Assembly (NCBI RefSeq): GCF_001457615.1
Contig: NZ_LN831024.1
Coordinates: forward strand, 1,260,001 to 1,292,000
Direction: 5' to 3'
Length of the DNA stretch: 32,000 bases
Source: Pseudomonas aeruginosa
GTDB taxonomy: Bacteria; Pseudomonadota; Gammaproteobacteria; Pseudomonadales; Pseudomonadaceae
The notes beneath the pieces are model-generated. The model saw only the letters and a list, made by a program, of their open reading frames with translations, had not been told where the DNA came from and did not search any database. The position numbers were made by a program, and so were the translations under genes. The stretch's first letter is position 1. The number at the start of each line of letters is the position of its first letter. Below are positions 19,934 to 30,191 of this stretch, in pieces.

Positions 19934-22462
19934 TCAGGCCAGCGGCCAGTGTTGCAGGCAGGCGTCGCGCACCGCCCGGGCGCTGCCCAGGTCCAGTAGC
20001 GCCTGGGCGTGGCGGCGGCATTCAGCGGCGTCGAGCTGGCGCACCCGGGTCTTGATCTCGCCGACCAGGTTCGGCCCGACGGACAATTCCTCGACCCCGA
20101 GGCCGACCAGTACCGGTGTCGCCAGCGGGTCCGAGGCCAGCGCACCGCAGACGCCGACCCAGCGGCCGTGGCGGGCTGCTCCGGCGCAGGTCTGGGCGAT
20201 CAGCCGCAGCAGCGCCGGGTGCAGGGCGTCGATGCGGTCGGCCAGGCCGGCGTGGCAACGGTCCATGGCCAGGGCGTACTGCGACAGGTCGTTGGTGCCG
20301 ATGGAGAGGAAGTCGGCGTGTTCGGCCAGTTGATCGGCGAGCAGGGCGGCGGAGGGCACTTCGATCATCACCCCGAGTTCGGGCAGGCGCTCGATCCCCA
20401 ACTGCGTGGCCAGCTCGCCGAGGCGGCGACGGATGGCGCGCAGTTCGTCGACCTCGCTGACCATCGGCAGCAGTATCCGGCAGCGTTCCAGTGGTTCGAC
20501 CCTCAGCAGCGCGCGCAACTGCTGGTCGAGCAGCTCCGGGCGCGCCTGGCCGAGGCGGATGCCGCGCAGGCCCAGTGCTGGGTTTTCTTCCACCGGCAGC
20601 GGCAGGTAGTCGAGGTGCTTGTCGCCGCCGACATCGATGGTGCGGATGATCACCTTGCGCTGGCCCATGGCGTCCAGGACCTCCTGGTAGGCGTTGCGCT
20701 GCTCCTCTTCGTCGGGCGCGGCGCGGCGCTCGAGGAAGAGAAACTCGGTGCGTAGCAGGCCGACCCCGTCGGCGCCGTTGGCGAAGGCTTCGGCGGCCTC
20801 GCGCGGCGAGGCGACGTTGGCGCCGATCTCGATGCGCCGGCCGTCGCGGGTGAGCGCCTCGCGCTGCGCATCGGCCTGTTGGCGGCGGTGTTGTTCCTCG
20901 CGCTGCGCCACTTGCAAGGCGACCTGCTCCAGGCGTCGAGCGTCGGGGCTGAGTTCCAGCCGGCCCTGGCCGGCGTCCAGTACTACCTGCCGGCCTTCCT
21001 CCAGCTCCAGCAGCCCGGCGCCGAGCGCCACCAGGCACGGCAGGCCCTTGCTACGGGCGAGGATGGCCACGTGGGAGGTGGCGCCGCCTTCGGCCATGCA
21101 CAGGCCAGCCGCGCCGGCATCCACCAGCGGCGCGAGGTCGGAGGGGGTGATCTCCCGGGCGGCGACGATGGCCCCAGCAGGCACCCGCAACGGTGCGGTG
21201 TCGCCGAGCAGCACCCGCAGCACGCGTTTTTCCAGGTCGCGCAGGTCGTTGGCGCGCTCGGCCAGCAGCAGGTTGCCCAGCGCCTGGAGAATCTCGCACT
21301 GGGCCTGAATCGCCCGGTGCCAGGCGTGGGCGGCGCCGACGCCCTGGTCGATCAGCATGTCGGCGGCGTCCAGCAGACCCGGGTCTTCCAGCAGCGCGAG
21401 ATGCGCGGAAAAGATCGCCGCTTCGTTCTCGTCGCCGCCGAGCCTGGCCTGCTGCAGGCTCCCCTGTACGTCGTCGCGCACCCGTTGCAGGGCCTGGTCC
21501 AGGGCGAGGTGCTGTTCCTCGGGACGATGCCGGCCGTCATCCGCCGGCAGGCTGATGGCGCCGAGCCGCGCCAGGGGACCGCTGGCCAGGCCGGGCGAAG
21601 CGCAGACGCCGGCCAGGGTACCGGCGACAGCCGCAGGTCGCGCCGGCTCGCCCGGGGCGATGGCGCGCGGGGCCTCCTTCGGAGCCCCCGCGGTGGCGCT
21701 GGCGAGGGCCGCGAGCAGGGCGTCGAGGGCCGCCTCGCTGTCTTCGCCGCGACAGATCACCTCTACCTCGTCCTGTTCGGCGACCCCCAGGCCCATGATG
21801 CCGACCAGGCTGTCGACGCTGGCCACCTGCCCGGCGAAGTGCAGTTCGGCCTGGCTGGAAAAGCCCTGCGCGGTCTTCCGTAGCAGCGCTGCCGGGCGTG
21901 CGTGCAGACCGCCATGATGGGCGACCCGCGCCCGCCCGCGGACCTGGCGCTGCGCGGAGCCTTCGCCAGGCGCGGGATTGGCCGGACGTTGCTCGGCCTT
22001 CTCCGGACTCAGTTGCAGGAGCGGCGCGCCGACCTCCACCGGGTTGGTGGTCAGCGGGCGTACCTGGAAGCCGTCGCCGTTGGTCAGGATCATCACCGTG
22101 ATCAGACTGCGGCTGCCGCGGGCGACGCGGTCCAGGTCGAAGCGCAGCAGCGGCTGGCCCTCGATCACCCGCGCACCTTCCTCGACCAGCGCCTCGAAGC
22201 CTTCGCCTTGCAGCTGTACGGTGTCGAGGCCGACGTGCAGCAGCAGCTCGGCACCGTTGTCGGCGCGCAGGCTGAGCGCGTGGCGGGTTCGCGCCAGGTG
22301 GCTGACCAGCCCGGCGCAGGGCGCGTGCAGGCAGTCGTTGAGCGGGTCGATGGCGATGCCTTCGCCCAGGGTGCCGCTGGAAAACACCGGGTCGGGTACT
22401 CGGTTGAGCGGCATCACGGGGCCGCTCAGGGGCGCTTTGAGGGCGAGATTCTTGTTGTTCAT
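19934..22462 (-). CDS. nagF: Multiphosphoryl transfer protein EIIA(Glc-type)-HPr-Enzyme I fusion of the GlcNAc PTS
   Basis: 842 aa. It has an N-terminal EIIA (LSGPVMPLNRVPDPVFS), a central HPr-like region (HHGGLHARPAA) and a C-terminal Enzyme I (GGATSHVAILARS…, PEP-utilising TIM barrel). The symbol is from memory of the literature on PA3760. Confidence 0.9.
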   Translation of the reverse strand: MNNKNLALKAPLSGPVMPLNRVPDPVFSSGTLGEGIAIDPLNDCLHAPCAGLVSHLARTRHALSLRADNGAELLLHVGLDTVQLQGEGFEALVEEGARVIEGQPLLRFDLDRVARGSRSLITVMILTNGDGFQVRPLTTNPVEVGAPLLQLSPEKAEQRPANPAPGEGSAQRQVRGRARVAHHGGLHARPAALLRKTAQGFSSQAELHFAGQVASVDSLVGIMGLGVAEQDEVEVICRGEDSEAALDALLAALASATAGAPKEAPRAIAPGEPARPAAVAGTLAGVCASPGLASGPLARLGAISLPADDGRHRPEEQHLALDQALQRVRDDVQGSLQQARLGGDENEAAIFSAHLALLEDPGLLDAADMLIDQGVGAAHAWHRAIQAQCEILQALGNLLLAERANDLRDLEKRVLRVLLGDTAPLRVPAGAIVAAREITPSDLAPLVDAGAAGLCMAEGGATSHVAILARSKGLPCLVALGAGLLELEEGRQVVLDAGQGRLELSPDARRLEQVALQVAQREEQHRRQQADAQREALTRDGRRIEIGANVASPREAAEAFANGADGVGLLRTEFLFLERRAAPDEEEQRNAYQEVLDAMGQRKVIIRTIDVGGDKHLDYLPLPVEENPALGLRGIRLGQARPELLDQQLRALLRVEPLERCRILLPMVSEVDELRAIRRRLGELATQLGIERLPELGVMIEVPSAALLADQLAEHADFLSIGTNDLSQYALAMDRCHAGLADRIDALHPALLRLIAQTCAGAARHGRWVGVCGALASDPLATPVLVGLGVEELSVGPNLVGEIKTRVRQLDAAECRRHAQALLDLGSARAVRDACLQHWPLA

Positions 22463-22478
22463 GGGCGCGCGCTCAGGC

Positions 22479-23501
22479 TCAGTGGGTTCGGGTGACTTTG
22501 CTCAGGTGCCGTGGCTGGTCCGGGTCCATGCCGCGGGCTTCGGCCAGGCCGGCGGCCATGACGTAGAAACTCTGGATCGCCAGGATCGGATCGAGCGCCG
22601 GATGCGCGGCGCGCTGCAGCGGCAGGTCGCGTTCGGCGATGTCGTCCGGGGCGGCGAGCAATACCTGCGCACCGCGCTGGCGCATATCCTCGGCGAGCGC
22701 CAGCAGGCCTTCCTGCTCCGGGCCGCGGGGAGCGAACACCAGCAGCGGATAGCGCTCCTCGACCAGCGCCATCGGTCCATGGCGGACCTCGGCGCTGCTG
22801 AAGGCCTCGGCCTGGATCGCCGAGGTTTCCTTGAATTTCAGCGCGGCCTCCTGGGCGATGGCGTAGCCGGCGCCGCGACCGATCACCATCAGCCGCTGGC
22901 AGTCGCGCAGGACCTCGATGGCCGGCGACCAGTCGAGCCTGGCGGCCTGCTCCAGCCCGGCCGCCAGGCCCTGGCCTGCGGCCAGCAGGGCATTGTCGCG
23001 CTGCCAGTGGGCGAGCAGGCGGGCGCTGGCGCTGAGCGTGGCGATGAAGCTCTTGGTCGCTGCGACGCTGCGCTCGGCGCCGGCGCAGAGCGGCACGACG
23101 AATTCGCTGGCGGCTTCCAGCGGCGAATCCTCGGCATTCACCAGGGCGATGCCCAGGGCGCCGCGTTCGCGCAGGATGCGCAGGCTGTCCACGAGATCGG
23201 GGCTCTGCCCGGACTGCGAGAAAGCGAAGACGGCCTGCCCGGCGACACGCAGTGGCGAGCGGTTCAGGGTCACTACCGACATGGGCAGCGAGGCCACCGG
23301 CAAGCCGGCGTGCTGCATGGCCAGGTAGGCGAAGTAGCTGGCGGCATGGTCGGAGCTGCCGCGCGCGACGGTCAGCGCCAGGTTCGGATCGACCTCCCGC
23401 AGGCGCTGGCCAAGCGCCGGCAGGCAAGCGTCGAGCACGGCCAGTTGACGGCTCGCCACCGCGGCGGCGGAGAGCGCTTCCTCGAGCATCAGCGAAGTCA
23501 T
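22479..23501 (-). CDS. SIS-domain sugar isomerase / glucosamine-6-phosphate deaminase (NagB-II type, GlmS C-terminal-like)
   Basis: 340 aa from ATG 23501 (MTSLMLEEAL…). SIS motifs are present (ARGSSDHAASY, GRGAGYAIAQEAALKFKE). ATG 23501 overlaps the nagA stop (ATGA). Confidence 0.88.
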   Translation of the reverse strand: MTSLMLEEALSAAAVASRQLAVLDACLPALGQRLREVDPNLALTVARGSSDHAASYFAYLAMQHAGLPVASLPMSVVTLNRSPLRVAGQAVFAFSQSGQSPDLVDSLRILRERGALGIALVNAEDSPLEAASEFVVPLCAGAERSVAATKSFIATLSASARLLAHWQRDNALLAAGQGLAAGLEQAARLDWSPAIEVLRDCQRLMVIGRGAGYAIAQEAALKFKETSAIQAEAFSSAEVRHGPMALVEERYPLLVFAPRGPEQEGLLALAEDMRQRGAQVLLAAPDDIAERDLPLQRAAHPALDPILAIQSFYVMAAGLAEARGMDPDQPRHLSKVTRTH

Positions 23502-24589
23502 TCGAGTTCTCCTTCCACCATCACGGCGTCGAGTTCCAGGGAGCGATCCAGGCGCACCACATCGGCCCAGGCTGCGGGCGCCAGGCGGCCGCGCTCGGCG
23601 AGGCCGAGGTAATCGGCGGGGAATTGCGAAAGGCGTTGCGAGGCTTCGGCCAGGGGCAGGCCGATCTTCACCAGGTTGCGCAGCGCCTGGTCCATGGTCA
23701 GGGTGCTGCCGGCCAGGGTGCCGTCGGGCAGGCGCACGCCGCCCAGGCACTTGGTCACCGTGTGGCTGCCGAGCTTGTACTGGCCGTCGGGCATGCCGGC
23801 GGCGGCGGTGGAGTCGGTCACGCAGTACAGGCACGGGATCGAACGCAGGGCCACCCTGATGGCGCCGGGATGGACATGCAGCAGGTCGGGGATCAGCTCG
23901 GCGTAGCGTGCGTGGGCCAGGGCCGCGCCGACGATACCCGGTTCGCGGTGGTGCAGGCCGGTCATCGCGTTGTAGAGGTGGGTGAAGCTGCTGGCGCCGG
24001 CTTCCAGTGCGGCCACGCCATCCTCGTAGCTGCCCAGGGTATGGCCGATCTGCAGGCGTACGCCGCGCTCGGCGAGGGCGCGGATCAGCGGCCGGTGTCC
24101 GGCGATCTCGGGGGCGATGGTGATCACCCGGATCGGCGCGCGGCGCAGGTAGTCCTCGACTTCCTCGAGCACCGCGGCATGGGCGAAGTTGGGCTGCGCG
24201 CCGAGCTTGCCGGAGTTGATGTAGGGGCCTTCCAGGTGCACGCCGAGTATCCGTGAACCGCCCTCCAGCGAGCGGCGGCAGTAATCGCCGAGCTGGCTGA
24301 GGATGTCGGCGATCTCCTCGCGCGGAGCGGTCATGGTGGTGGCCAGCAGCGAGGTCGTGCCGAAGCGCCGGTGGGTGCGGGCGATGGTGGCGAAGGCGTC
24401 GCCGCCTTCCATGATGTCGCGGCCGCCGCCGCCGTGCACATGCAGGTCGATGAAGCCTGGCAGCAGGTACGGATCGGCGTTGCCGGCCGGATCGCAGGGC
24501 TCGCCTTCGATCCGCTGGATACGTCCGTCCTGGATGTGCAGGCGGCCGAGGACCCAGCCTTGCGGGGTGAGGATGTTGCCTTCGAGCAT
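23498..24589 (-). CDS. nagA: N-acetylglucosamine-6-phosphate deacetylase
   Basis: 363 aa amidohydrolase with the metal motif FIDLHVHGGGGRD and overall NagA layout. It sits in the nag operon. Confidence 0.93.
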   Translation of the reverse strand: MLEGNILTPQGWVLGRLHIQDGRIQRIEGEPCDPAGNADPYLLPGFIDLHVHGGGGRDIMEGGDAFATIARTHRRFGTTSLLATTMTAPREEIADILSQLGDYCRRSLEGGSRILGVHLEGPYINSGKLGAQPNFAHAAVLEEVEDYLRRAPIRVITIAPEIAGHRPLIRALAERGVRLQIGHTLGSYEDGVAALEAGASSFTHLYNAMTGLHHREPGIVGAALAHARYAELIPDLLHVHPGAIRVALRSIPCLYCVTDSTAAAGMPDGQYKLGSHTVTKCLGGVRLPDGTLAGSTLTMDQALRNLVKIGLPLAEASQRLSQFPADYLGLAERGRLAPAAWADVVRLDRSLELDAVMVEGELE

Positions 24590-24605
24590 GGCGGCTCCGT
24601 GTCGG

Positions 24606-25349
24606 TCAGCGTCGCAGTTCGGCGACGAAGTCGTAGTAGTCGTTGCGGCAGTAGGTGTCGGTCAGCTCGATCGGGGTGTTGTCCTCGAGGTAGCCGATCC
24701 GGGTCATCAGCAGCATCGCGGTGCCCGGCGCGATGCCGACCAACGCGGCATCGGACGCGGACGCGTTGATCGCGCGCACGTGCTGGAGGGCGCGGACCAC
24801 CGGGCGACCGATGCCGTCCAGGTATTCGTAGAGGGAATCGCCGACCGCTGTCGGATCCGGCAGCAGGCGTGCCGGCAGGGTGCTGTTCTCGATCGCCATC
24901 ACCGTGCCGTCGGCTTTGCGCAGGCGCTTCATGCGCGCGACCTTTTCGGTCGGCGAGAGGCCGAGGCGGATCAGTTCGTCGTGGGTGGGCAGGGCGATGC
25001 CGCGCTCCAGCCAGGTGGAGCCGGGGGTGAAGCCTTTCAGGCGGAGCATCTCGCTGAAGCTGGAGAGACGCGACAGCGGTTGTTCGAGACGCGGCGTAAT
25101 GAAGGTGCCGGAGCCCTGGTTGCGGCGGATCAGCCCCTGCTCGAAGAGTACTTCGAGGGCCTTGCGCGCGGTGACGCGGGAAATGTTCAGGGTTTCGCTG
25201 AGGTTGCGTTCGGAGGGCAGCGCTTCCTCCGCTTTCCACTGGCCGGCATGGATCGCGCTCTCGAGATTGCGCGCCAGCTGCAGATAGAGGGGGGTGGGTT
25301 GCGCCTCGTCGGGACGCAGGGCCAGGAGCAGGTCGTGGGCTGTCTTCAT
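24606..25349 (-). CDS. nagR: GntR/HutC-family transcriptional regulator of the GlcNAc operon
   Basis: 247 aa with an N-terminal winged HTH (LPSERNLSETLNISRVTARKALEVL) and a C-terminal UTRA-type domain. It is the first gene of the nag cluster. Confidence 0.9.
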   Translation of the reverse strand: MKTAHDLLLALRPDEAQPTPLYLQLARNLESAIHAGQWKAEEALPSERNLSETLNISRVTARKALEVLFEQGLIRRNQGSGTFITPRLEQPLSRLSSFSEMLRLKGFTPGSTWLERGIALPTHDELIRLGLSPTEKVARMKRLRKADGTVMAIENSTLPARLLPDPTAVGDSLYEYLDGIGRPVVRALQHVRAINASASDAALVGIAPGTAMLLMTRIGYLEDNTPIELTDTYCRNDYYDFVAELRR

Positions 25350-25397
25350 GAGAGGTTCCGATGCGGATTGTGTTGTTGTCGCCCGGTAATGCTGGGA

Positions 25398-25426
25398 AAA
25401 CTAATACCACTTGAATACCACGTCAA
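25398..25426 (-). promoter_or_regulatory. Candidate nag operon promoter with a tandem TGGTATT operator in the spacer
   Basis: Read on the minus strand: TTGACG (25426-25421), then a 17-nt spacer tGGTATTcaagTGGTATT, then TAGTTT (25403-25398). The two direct TGGTATT repeats are spaced 11 bp start to start. Confidence 0.55.
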
Positions 25427-25509
25427 TGCCAGTTGTGCGTCGCGCACGCGTCAGCCAGCCGTCCCGTCGATTGACTCGGCCTGAGTAAGGGATGCAAGGG
25501 TTTGACGGA

Positions 25510-25546
25510 TAAAAGAAAACGCCGCCGGAAAATCTCGCGGCGGCGT
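25510..25546 (-). terminator. Rho-independent terminator of the L,D-transpeptidase gene
   Basis: 9-bp GC stem ACGCCGCCG (25519-25527) / CGGCGGCGT (25538-25546). On the minus strand it is followed by TTTTCTTTT. Confidence 0.8.
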
Positions 25547-25591
25547 TCCTGGCGTGGCTGACGGCTGACGAGTGGTATCAGCCTGGTTCTG

Positions 25592-26092
25592 TCAGGGGCG
25601 GATCTCGATCAGCGTGCCGTCTTTCACCACGCTCCAGACTTCGCGCATGTCGGTGTTGTTCATGGCGATACAGCCATTGGTCCAGTCCAGGGTGGAGAAG
25701 TACCACTCCGGGTATTCGTCATCCAGCGGGGTGCCGTGGATCATGATCATGCCACCGGCCGGCAGGCCCTTTTCCCGGGCCTTGGCCACGTCGCGGGCGT
25801 TGGGGTAGGAAATGTGCATGGAGAGGTTGTAGTTGTTGCTGGTCTTGCGCCAGTCGATCCAGTAGAAGCCTTCCGGGGTGCGGTTGTCGCCTTCGGCCAG
25901 CTTCGGGCCGGTCGGGCGCTTGCCCAGCGAGACACGGTAGCTTTTCAGGACGTTGCCTTTGTTGAGGAGCAGCAGTTTTCGCTCGGACTTGAGCACCAGG
26001 ACCTTGTCCACCTTGCCTTCCAGGCTCGGCGCGGCATTGGCCTGGGTCAGACTGGCGAAGGTCAAGCACAGCAAAGCAAGCAACCAGCGCAT
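25592..26092 (-). CDS. L,D-transpeptidase (YkuD/YafK-like) family protein, secreted
   Basis: 166 aa with signal peptide MRWLLALLCLTFASLTQANA and catalytic motif IMIHGTP…DWTNGCIAM. Confidence 0.9.
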   Translation of the reverse strand: MRWLLALLCLTFASLTQANAAPSLEGKVDKVLVLKSERKLLLLNKGNVLKSYRVSLGKRPTGPKLAEGDNRTPEGFYWIDWRKTSNNYNLSMHISYPNARDVAKAREKGLPAGGMIMIHGTPLDDEYPEWYFSTLDWTNGCIAMNNTDMREVWSVVKDGTLIEIRP

Positions 26093-26154
26093 GGAAGTGA
26101 AATCCCCGATGTTCCCTTGAGCCGCAACGGCGGCGGTGTTCGAGTGTTTGGCGT

Positions 26155-26709
26155 TCAGTCTTTCTTATAGGAAGCCAGCATAGGTGCAATGGCTTCGTTG
26201 CGCACCGGGAAGCAGCCTTCGCGGCGGTCGCTGAAGTAGCATTCTAAGGTACGGCCGATGGTCGGAAAAGCCAGCTCCGACCAGGGAATCTCCGCTTCGT
26301 CGAAAAGCCGCACCTCCAGGCTTTCATCGCCGGCGGAGAAATCCAGGTCGAGCAGCTCGGCGCGGAAGAACAGGTAGACCTGGCTGATGTGCGGCAGGTC
26401 GAAAAGGGTATAGAGCTGCAGGTCGCCGATCCGCGCGTTGGCTTCTTCCTCTGTCTCGCGGGCCGCCGCCTGGGCGAGGGTCTCGCCGTTCTCCATGAAG
26501 CCGGCCGGCAGCGTCCAGTAGCCCAGGCGCGGCGCAATGGCGCGACGGCAGAGCAGGACCTGGCCGTCCCACACCGGCAGGCTGCCGGCGACGATACGCG
26601 GGTTCTGGTAGTGCACGGTGTGGCAGGCGTCGCAGACGTAGCGCAGGCGGTTGTCGCCGTCCGGGATGCGCTGGACCACCGTGGCGCCGCACAGGCTGCA
26701 GAATTTCAT
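26155..26709 (-). CDS. Nudix hydrolase with N-terminal C4 zinc ribbon
   Basis: 184 aa. It has CSLCG…CDAC and the Nudix box GFMENGETLAQAAARETEEEANA. Confidence 0.9.
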   Translation of the reverse strand: MKFCSLCGATVVQRIPDGDNRLRYVCDACHTVHYQNPRIVAGSLPVWDGQVLLCRRAIAPRLGYWTLPAGFMENGETLAQAAARETEEEANARIGDLQLYTLFDLPHISQVYLFFRAELLDLDFSAGDESLEVRLFDEAEIPWSELAFPTIGRTLECYFSDRREGCFPVRNEAIAPMLASYKKD

Positions 26710-26849
26710 GCCAGGTTCTTCTTCGGGGAAAGGCCTATCTTGCTCGGCTGGCCGGGAGGCGACAAGGCCCCGTGCGGGAGGGGTGGGCTGGCCGGGGCTT
26801 TCGTGCCATGATCTCGGGGAAACGACAAGACCTCGGAAACCCCGGCAGT

Positions 26850-27461
26850 ATGAACTGCATGCTCGACCAGCTGCGCCAACGCATCGAGGCGCACCGCCCC
26901 CGCCAACTGGATACCGACCAGCGCTTCCCCCAAGCGGCCGTGCTGGTGCCCATCACCCGCAGCGACGATCCGGAGCTGGTGCTGACCCTGCGCGCCGCCG
27001 GTTTGTCCACCCATGGCGGCGAGGTCGCCTTCCCCGGCGGGCGGCGCGACCCGGAAGATGCCGACCTGGTGCGCACCGCCCTGCGCGAGGCGGAGGAGGA
27101 GATCGCCTTGCCGCCGGGCCTGGTGGAAGTGGTCGGGCCGCTGAGCACCCTGGTCTCGCGGCATGGCATCGAGGTCACTCCCTATGTCGCCTTCATTCCC
27201 GACTTCGTCGAGTACCAGCCCAACGACGGCGAGATCGCCGCGGTGTTCAACGTGCCGCTGAGTTTCTTTCGCGACGACCCGCGCGAGGTCACCCACCGTA
27301 TCGACTACTTCGGCCGCAGCTGGTACGTGCCCAGCTATCGCTTCGGCGAGTTCAAGATCTGGGGCCTGACGGCCATCATGGTGGTGGAGTTGGTCAACCT
27401 GCTGTACGACGACCCCATCGACCTGCACACGCCGCCGGCTTCGTTCATCAAACTGAGTTGA
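26850..27461 (+). CDS. CoA pyrophosphatase-type Nudix hydrolase (NudL-like)
   Basis: It has the CoA-type upstream motif [21 protein letters not shown] and the Nudix box [11 protein letters not shown]. The start is ambiguous among ATG 26850, 26859 and 26808. Confidence 0.85.
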   Translation: MNCMLDQLRQRIEAHRPRQLDTDQRFPQAAVLVPITRSDDPELVLTLRAAGLSTHGGEVAFPGGRRDPEDADLVRTALREAEEEIALPPGLVEVVGPLSTLVSRHGIEVTPYVAFIPDFVEYQPNDGEIAAVFNVPLSFFRDDPREVTHRIDYFGRSWYVPSYRFGEFKIWGLTAIMVVELVNLLYDDPIDLHTPPASFIKLS

Positions 27462-27498
27462 CCGACGGGGCGCAGACCCCGGCCATGAGGAGATCGCG

Positions 27499-28023
27499 AT
27501 GAAATACCGCCTGGGCGATGCCCGCGTCGAAACCCATCCCGACAGCTGGATCGCGCCCAGCGCAGCGGTGATCGGCAAGGTTCGCCTGGATGCCGGCGCC
27601 AGCGTCTGGTTTGGCGCGGTGCTGCGCGGCGACAACGAGCTGATCCATATCGGCGAGCACAGCAACGTCCAGGACGGCTCGGTGATGCACACCGACATGG
27701 GCTATCCGCTGACCCTCGGCAAGGGCGTCACCGTCGGCCACAACGCCATGCTGCATGGTTGCAGCGTGGGCGACTACAGCCTGGTGGGGATCAACGCGGT
27801 GATCCTCAATGGGGCGAAGATCGGCAAGTACTGCATCATCGGTGCCAACGCGCTGATTCCCGAGGGCAAGGAGATTCCCGACGGCTCGCTGGTGATGGGC
27901 TCGCCGGGCAAGGTAGTGCGCGAGCTGAGCGAGCCGCAGAAGAAGATGCTCGAGGCCAGCGCCGCCCACTATGTGCACAATGCCCGCCGTTACGCCTGCG
28001 ACCTCGTCGAGGACCCGGCGTGA
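27499..28023 (+). CDS. Gamma-class carbonic anhydrase-like / hexapeptide-repeat (YrdA/PaaY-like) protein
   Basis: 174 aa left-handed beta-helix repeats with [12 protein letters not shown]…[18 protein letters not shown]. Confidence 0.9.
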   Translation: MKYRLGDARVETHPDSWIAPSAAVIGKVRLDAGASVWFGAVLRGDNELIHIGEHSNVQDGSVMHTDMGYPLTLGKGVTVGHNAMLHGCSVGDYSLVGINAVILNGAKIGKYCIIGANALIPEGKEIPDGSLVMGSPGKVVRELSEPQKKMLEASAAHYVHNARRYACDLVEDPA

Positions 28024-28214
28024 ACGAGCGACCGGTGGCTTCGCCCTGCGTGCATGTCTGCGCGCTGGACGAGCAGGACATCTGCATCGGCTGCCAGCGC
28101 ACGGCGGCCGAGATCACCCGCTGGGGCCTGATGAGCAACGACGAGCGCCGCGAGGTGCTCGGTCGCTGTTTCGAGCGCGCCAAGGCGCAAGGGCTGGTCA
28201 GCGGTTCCGCCTGA
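28020..28214 (+). CDS. DUF1289-type small cysteine-rich protein
   Basis: 64 aa. GTG 28020 overlaps the upstream stop (GTGA). It has the [21 protein letters not shown] cysteine motif. The family assignment is from memory. Confidence 0.7.
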   Translation: MNERPVASPCVHVCALDEQDICIGCQRTAAEITRWGLMSNDERREVLGRCFERAKAQGLVSGSA

Positions 28215-28251
28215 AGCGGATTCCGTTTTCTTTCATTTCCGAGGTTCTTCC

Positions 28252-29433
28252 ATGACCCGTATCGGTACCCCCCTGTCGCCGAGCGCGACCCGCGTCCTTC
28301 TCTGTGGCTCCGGCGAGCTGGGCAAGGAAGTCGCCATCGAGCTGCAACGCCTGGGTTGCGAAGTGATCGCCGTCGATCGCTATGGCAACGCGCCGGCCAT
28401 GCAGGTGGCACATCGCAGCCACGTGATCAGCATGCTCGACGGCGCCGCCCTGCGCGCGGTGATCGAGCAGGAGAAGCCGCACTACATCGTGCCGGAGATC
28501 GAGGCCATCGCCACCGCGACCCTGGTCGAGCTGGAGGCCGAAGGCTACACCGTGGTGCCCACCGCCCGCGCCGCGCAACTGACCATGAACCGCGAGGGTA
28601 TCCGCCGGCTGGCTGCCGAGGAGCTCGGCTTGCCGACCTCGCCCTATCACTTCGCCGATACCTTCGAGGACTACCGCCGTGGCGTCGAGCGCGTCGGCTA
28701 CCCCTGCGTGGTGAAGCCGATCATGAGTTCGTCGGGCAAGGGCCAGAGCGTCCTGAAAGGCCCCGACGACCTGCAGGCGGCCTGGGACTATGCCCAGGAA
28801 GGCGGGCGCGCCGGCAAGGGCCGGGTGATCGTCGAGGGCTTCATCGATTTCGACTACGAAATCACCCTGCTCACCGTGCGCCACGTCGACGGCACCACTT
28901 TCTGCGCGCCGATCGGTCACCGCCAGGTCAAGGGCGACTACCACGAGTCCTGGCAGCCGCAGGCGATGAGCGCGCAGGCTCTGGCCGAGTCCGAGCGGGT
29001 CGCCCGGGCAGTGACCGAGGCCCTCGGCGGACGCGGGCTGTTCGGCGTCGAACTGTTCGTCAAGGGCGACCAGGTGTGGTTCAGCGAGGTGTCGCCGCGT
29101 CCGCACGATACCGGCCTGGTGACCCTGATTTCCCAGGATCTTTCCGAGTTCGCGCTGCACGCGCGGGCGATCCTCGGCCTGCCGATCCCGGTGATCCGCC
29201 AGCTCGGCCCGTCGGCCTCGGCGGTGATCCTGGTGGAAGGCAAGTCCCGGCAGGTCGCTTTCGCCAACCTCGGCGCCGCGCTGAGCGAGGCGGATACGGC
29301 GCTACGCCTGTTCGGCAAGCCGGAAGTGGATGGCCAGCGGCGGATGGGCGTGGCCCTGGCGCGCGACGAGTCGATCGACGCCGCCCGCGCCAAGGCGACC
29401 CGGGCCGCCCAGGCGGTTCGCGTCGAACTCTGA
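28252..29433 (+). CDS. purT: Formate-dependent phosphoribosylglycinamide formyltransferase (GAR transformylase 2)
   Basis: 393 aa ATP-grasp enzyme starting [27 protein letters not shown]…, with RBS GAGG upstream. Confidence 0.95.
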   Translation: MTRIGTPLSPSATRVLLCGSGELGKEVAIELQRLGCEVIAVDRYGNAPAMQVAHRSHVISMLDGAALRAVIEQEKPHYIVPEIEAIATATLVELEAEGYTVVPTARAAQLTMNREGIRRLAAEELGLPTSPYHFADTFEDYRRGVERVGYPCVVKPIMSSSGKGQSVLKGPDDLQAAWDYAQEGGRAGKGRVIVEGFIDFDYEITLLTVRHVDGTTFCAPIGHRQVKGDYHESWQPQAMSAQALAESERVARAVTEALGGRGLFGVELFVKGDQVWFSEVSPRPHDTGLVTLISQDLSEFALHARAILGLPIPVIRQLGPSASAVILVEGKSRQVAFANLGAALSEADTALRLFGKPEVDGQRRMGVALARDESIDAARAKATRAAQAVRVEL

Positions 29434-29434
29434 G

Positions 29435-30184
29435 ATGCGCCGGCTGGCAACGCTGGCCTGGTGGGCGGCGGCTCTGCCGTTGCTGCCGCTGGCGGTGCCG
29501 CTGGCTATCCGCACCCGCCGCCGAGCCTTGCGCCTGGCGCCCGCGGCGGGACCTCGCGAAGGGCTGGTCGGTGGGTCCGGTGCCGAAGAGCCGCTGCGCT
29601 TGCTGTTGTTCGGTGAGTCGACAGTGGCCGGGGTCGGCGCCAGTTGCCTGGACTACGCCCTGGCCGGCCGCCTGGCCGCGGCGCTGGGCGAGCGTCTGCG
29701 CCGCCCGGTGGCCTGGCAGGCGCTGGGCGAGAACGGCATCACCAGCGGCGAGGCGCGCGAACGCCTGCTACCGCAGGTGGCGGGACGTTTCTTCGACCAG
29801 GTGATCCTGGTCTTCGGCGTCAATGACACCACCAGCCTGCGCTCCCTCGAACGCTGGCGTGCCGACTGCGCGGCCCTGATCGAAGGCTTCCAGGCGGCCG
29901 GCGCGCAGGTGACCTGCACCGCGGTGCCGCCGCTGCAGCATTTTTCCGCCTTGCCCGGGTTGCTGCGGGCCCTGCTGGGGTGGCGCGGGCGGCTGCTCGA
30001 CGAGGCGCTGTGCGATCTCGCTGGCGCGACCGGCGCCGGCTACTGCCCGATCTCGCTGGACCTGCTTCCGGGCTACCTGGCCATCGACGGCTTTCATCCG
30101 TCGCAGCTGGGCTACCAGGTCTGGGCCGGGGCCCTCGCCGACTGGTTGGCGGCGAGGGAGAAGGGCGGCGTCGCGGTAGTCTGA
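29435..30184 (+). CDS. SGNH/GDSL-like hydrolase
   Basis: 249 aa from ATG 29435, one nt after the purT stop. It has an N-terminal hydrophobic segment, block I LLLFGESTVAGVG, block III FGVNDT and block V DGFHPS. Confidence 0.8.
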   Translation: MRRLATLAWWAAALPLLPLAVPLAIRTRRRALRLAPAAGPREGLVGGSGAEEPLRLLLFGESTVAGVGASCLDYALAGRLAAALGERLRRPVAWQALGENGITSGEARERLLPQVAGRFFDQVILVFGVNDTTSLRSLERWRADCAALIEGFQAAGAQVTCTAVPPLQHFSALPGLLRALLGWRGRLLDEALCDLAGATGAGYCPISLDLLPGYLAIDGFHPSQLGYQVWAGALADWLAAREKGGVAVV

Positions 30185-30191
30185 GCGAGAC

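Noticed and set aside
18215-19999. 594-aa plus-strand ORF opposite nagE
   Set aside because: It is antisense to the well-supported nagE. The product is a repetitive acidic/Gly/Ala-rich sequence with no domain features, so it is a high-GC artefact.
23502-23834. Upstream extension of the SIS-domain gene into nagA
   Set aside because: It overlaps the nagA 3' end in another frame. ATG 23501 forms an ATGA overlap with the nagA stop and yields a normal SIS protein N-terminus.
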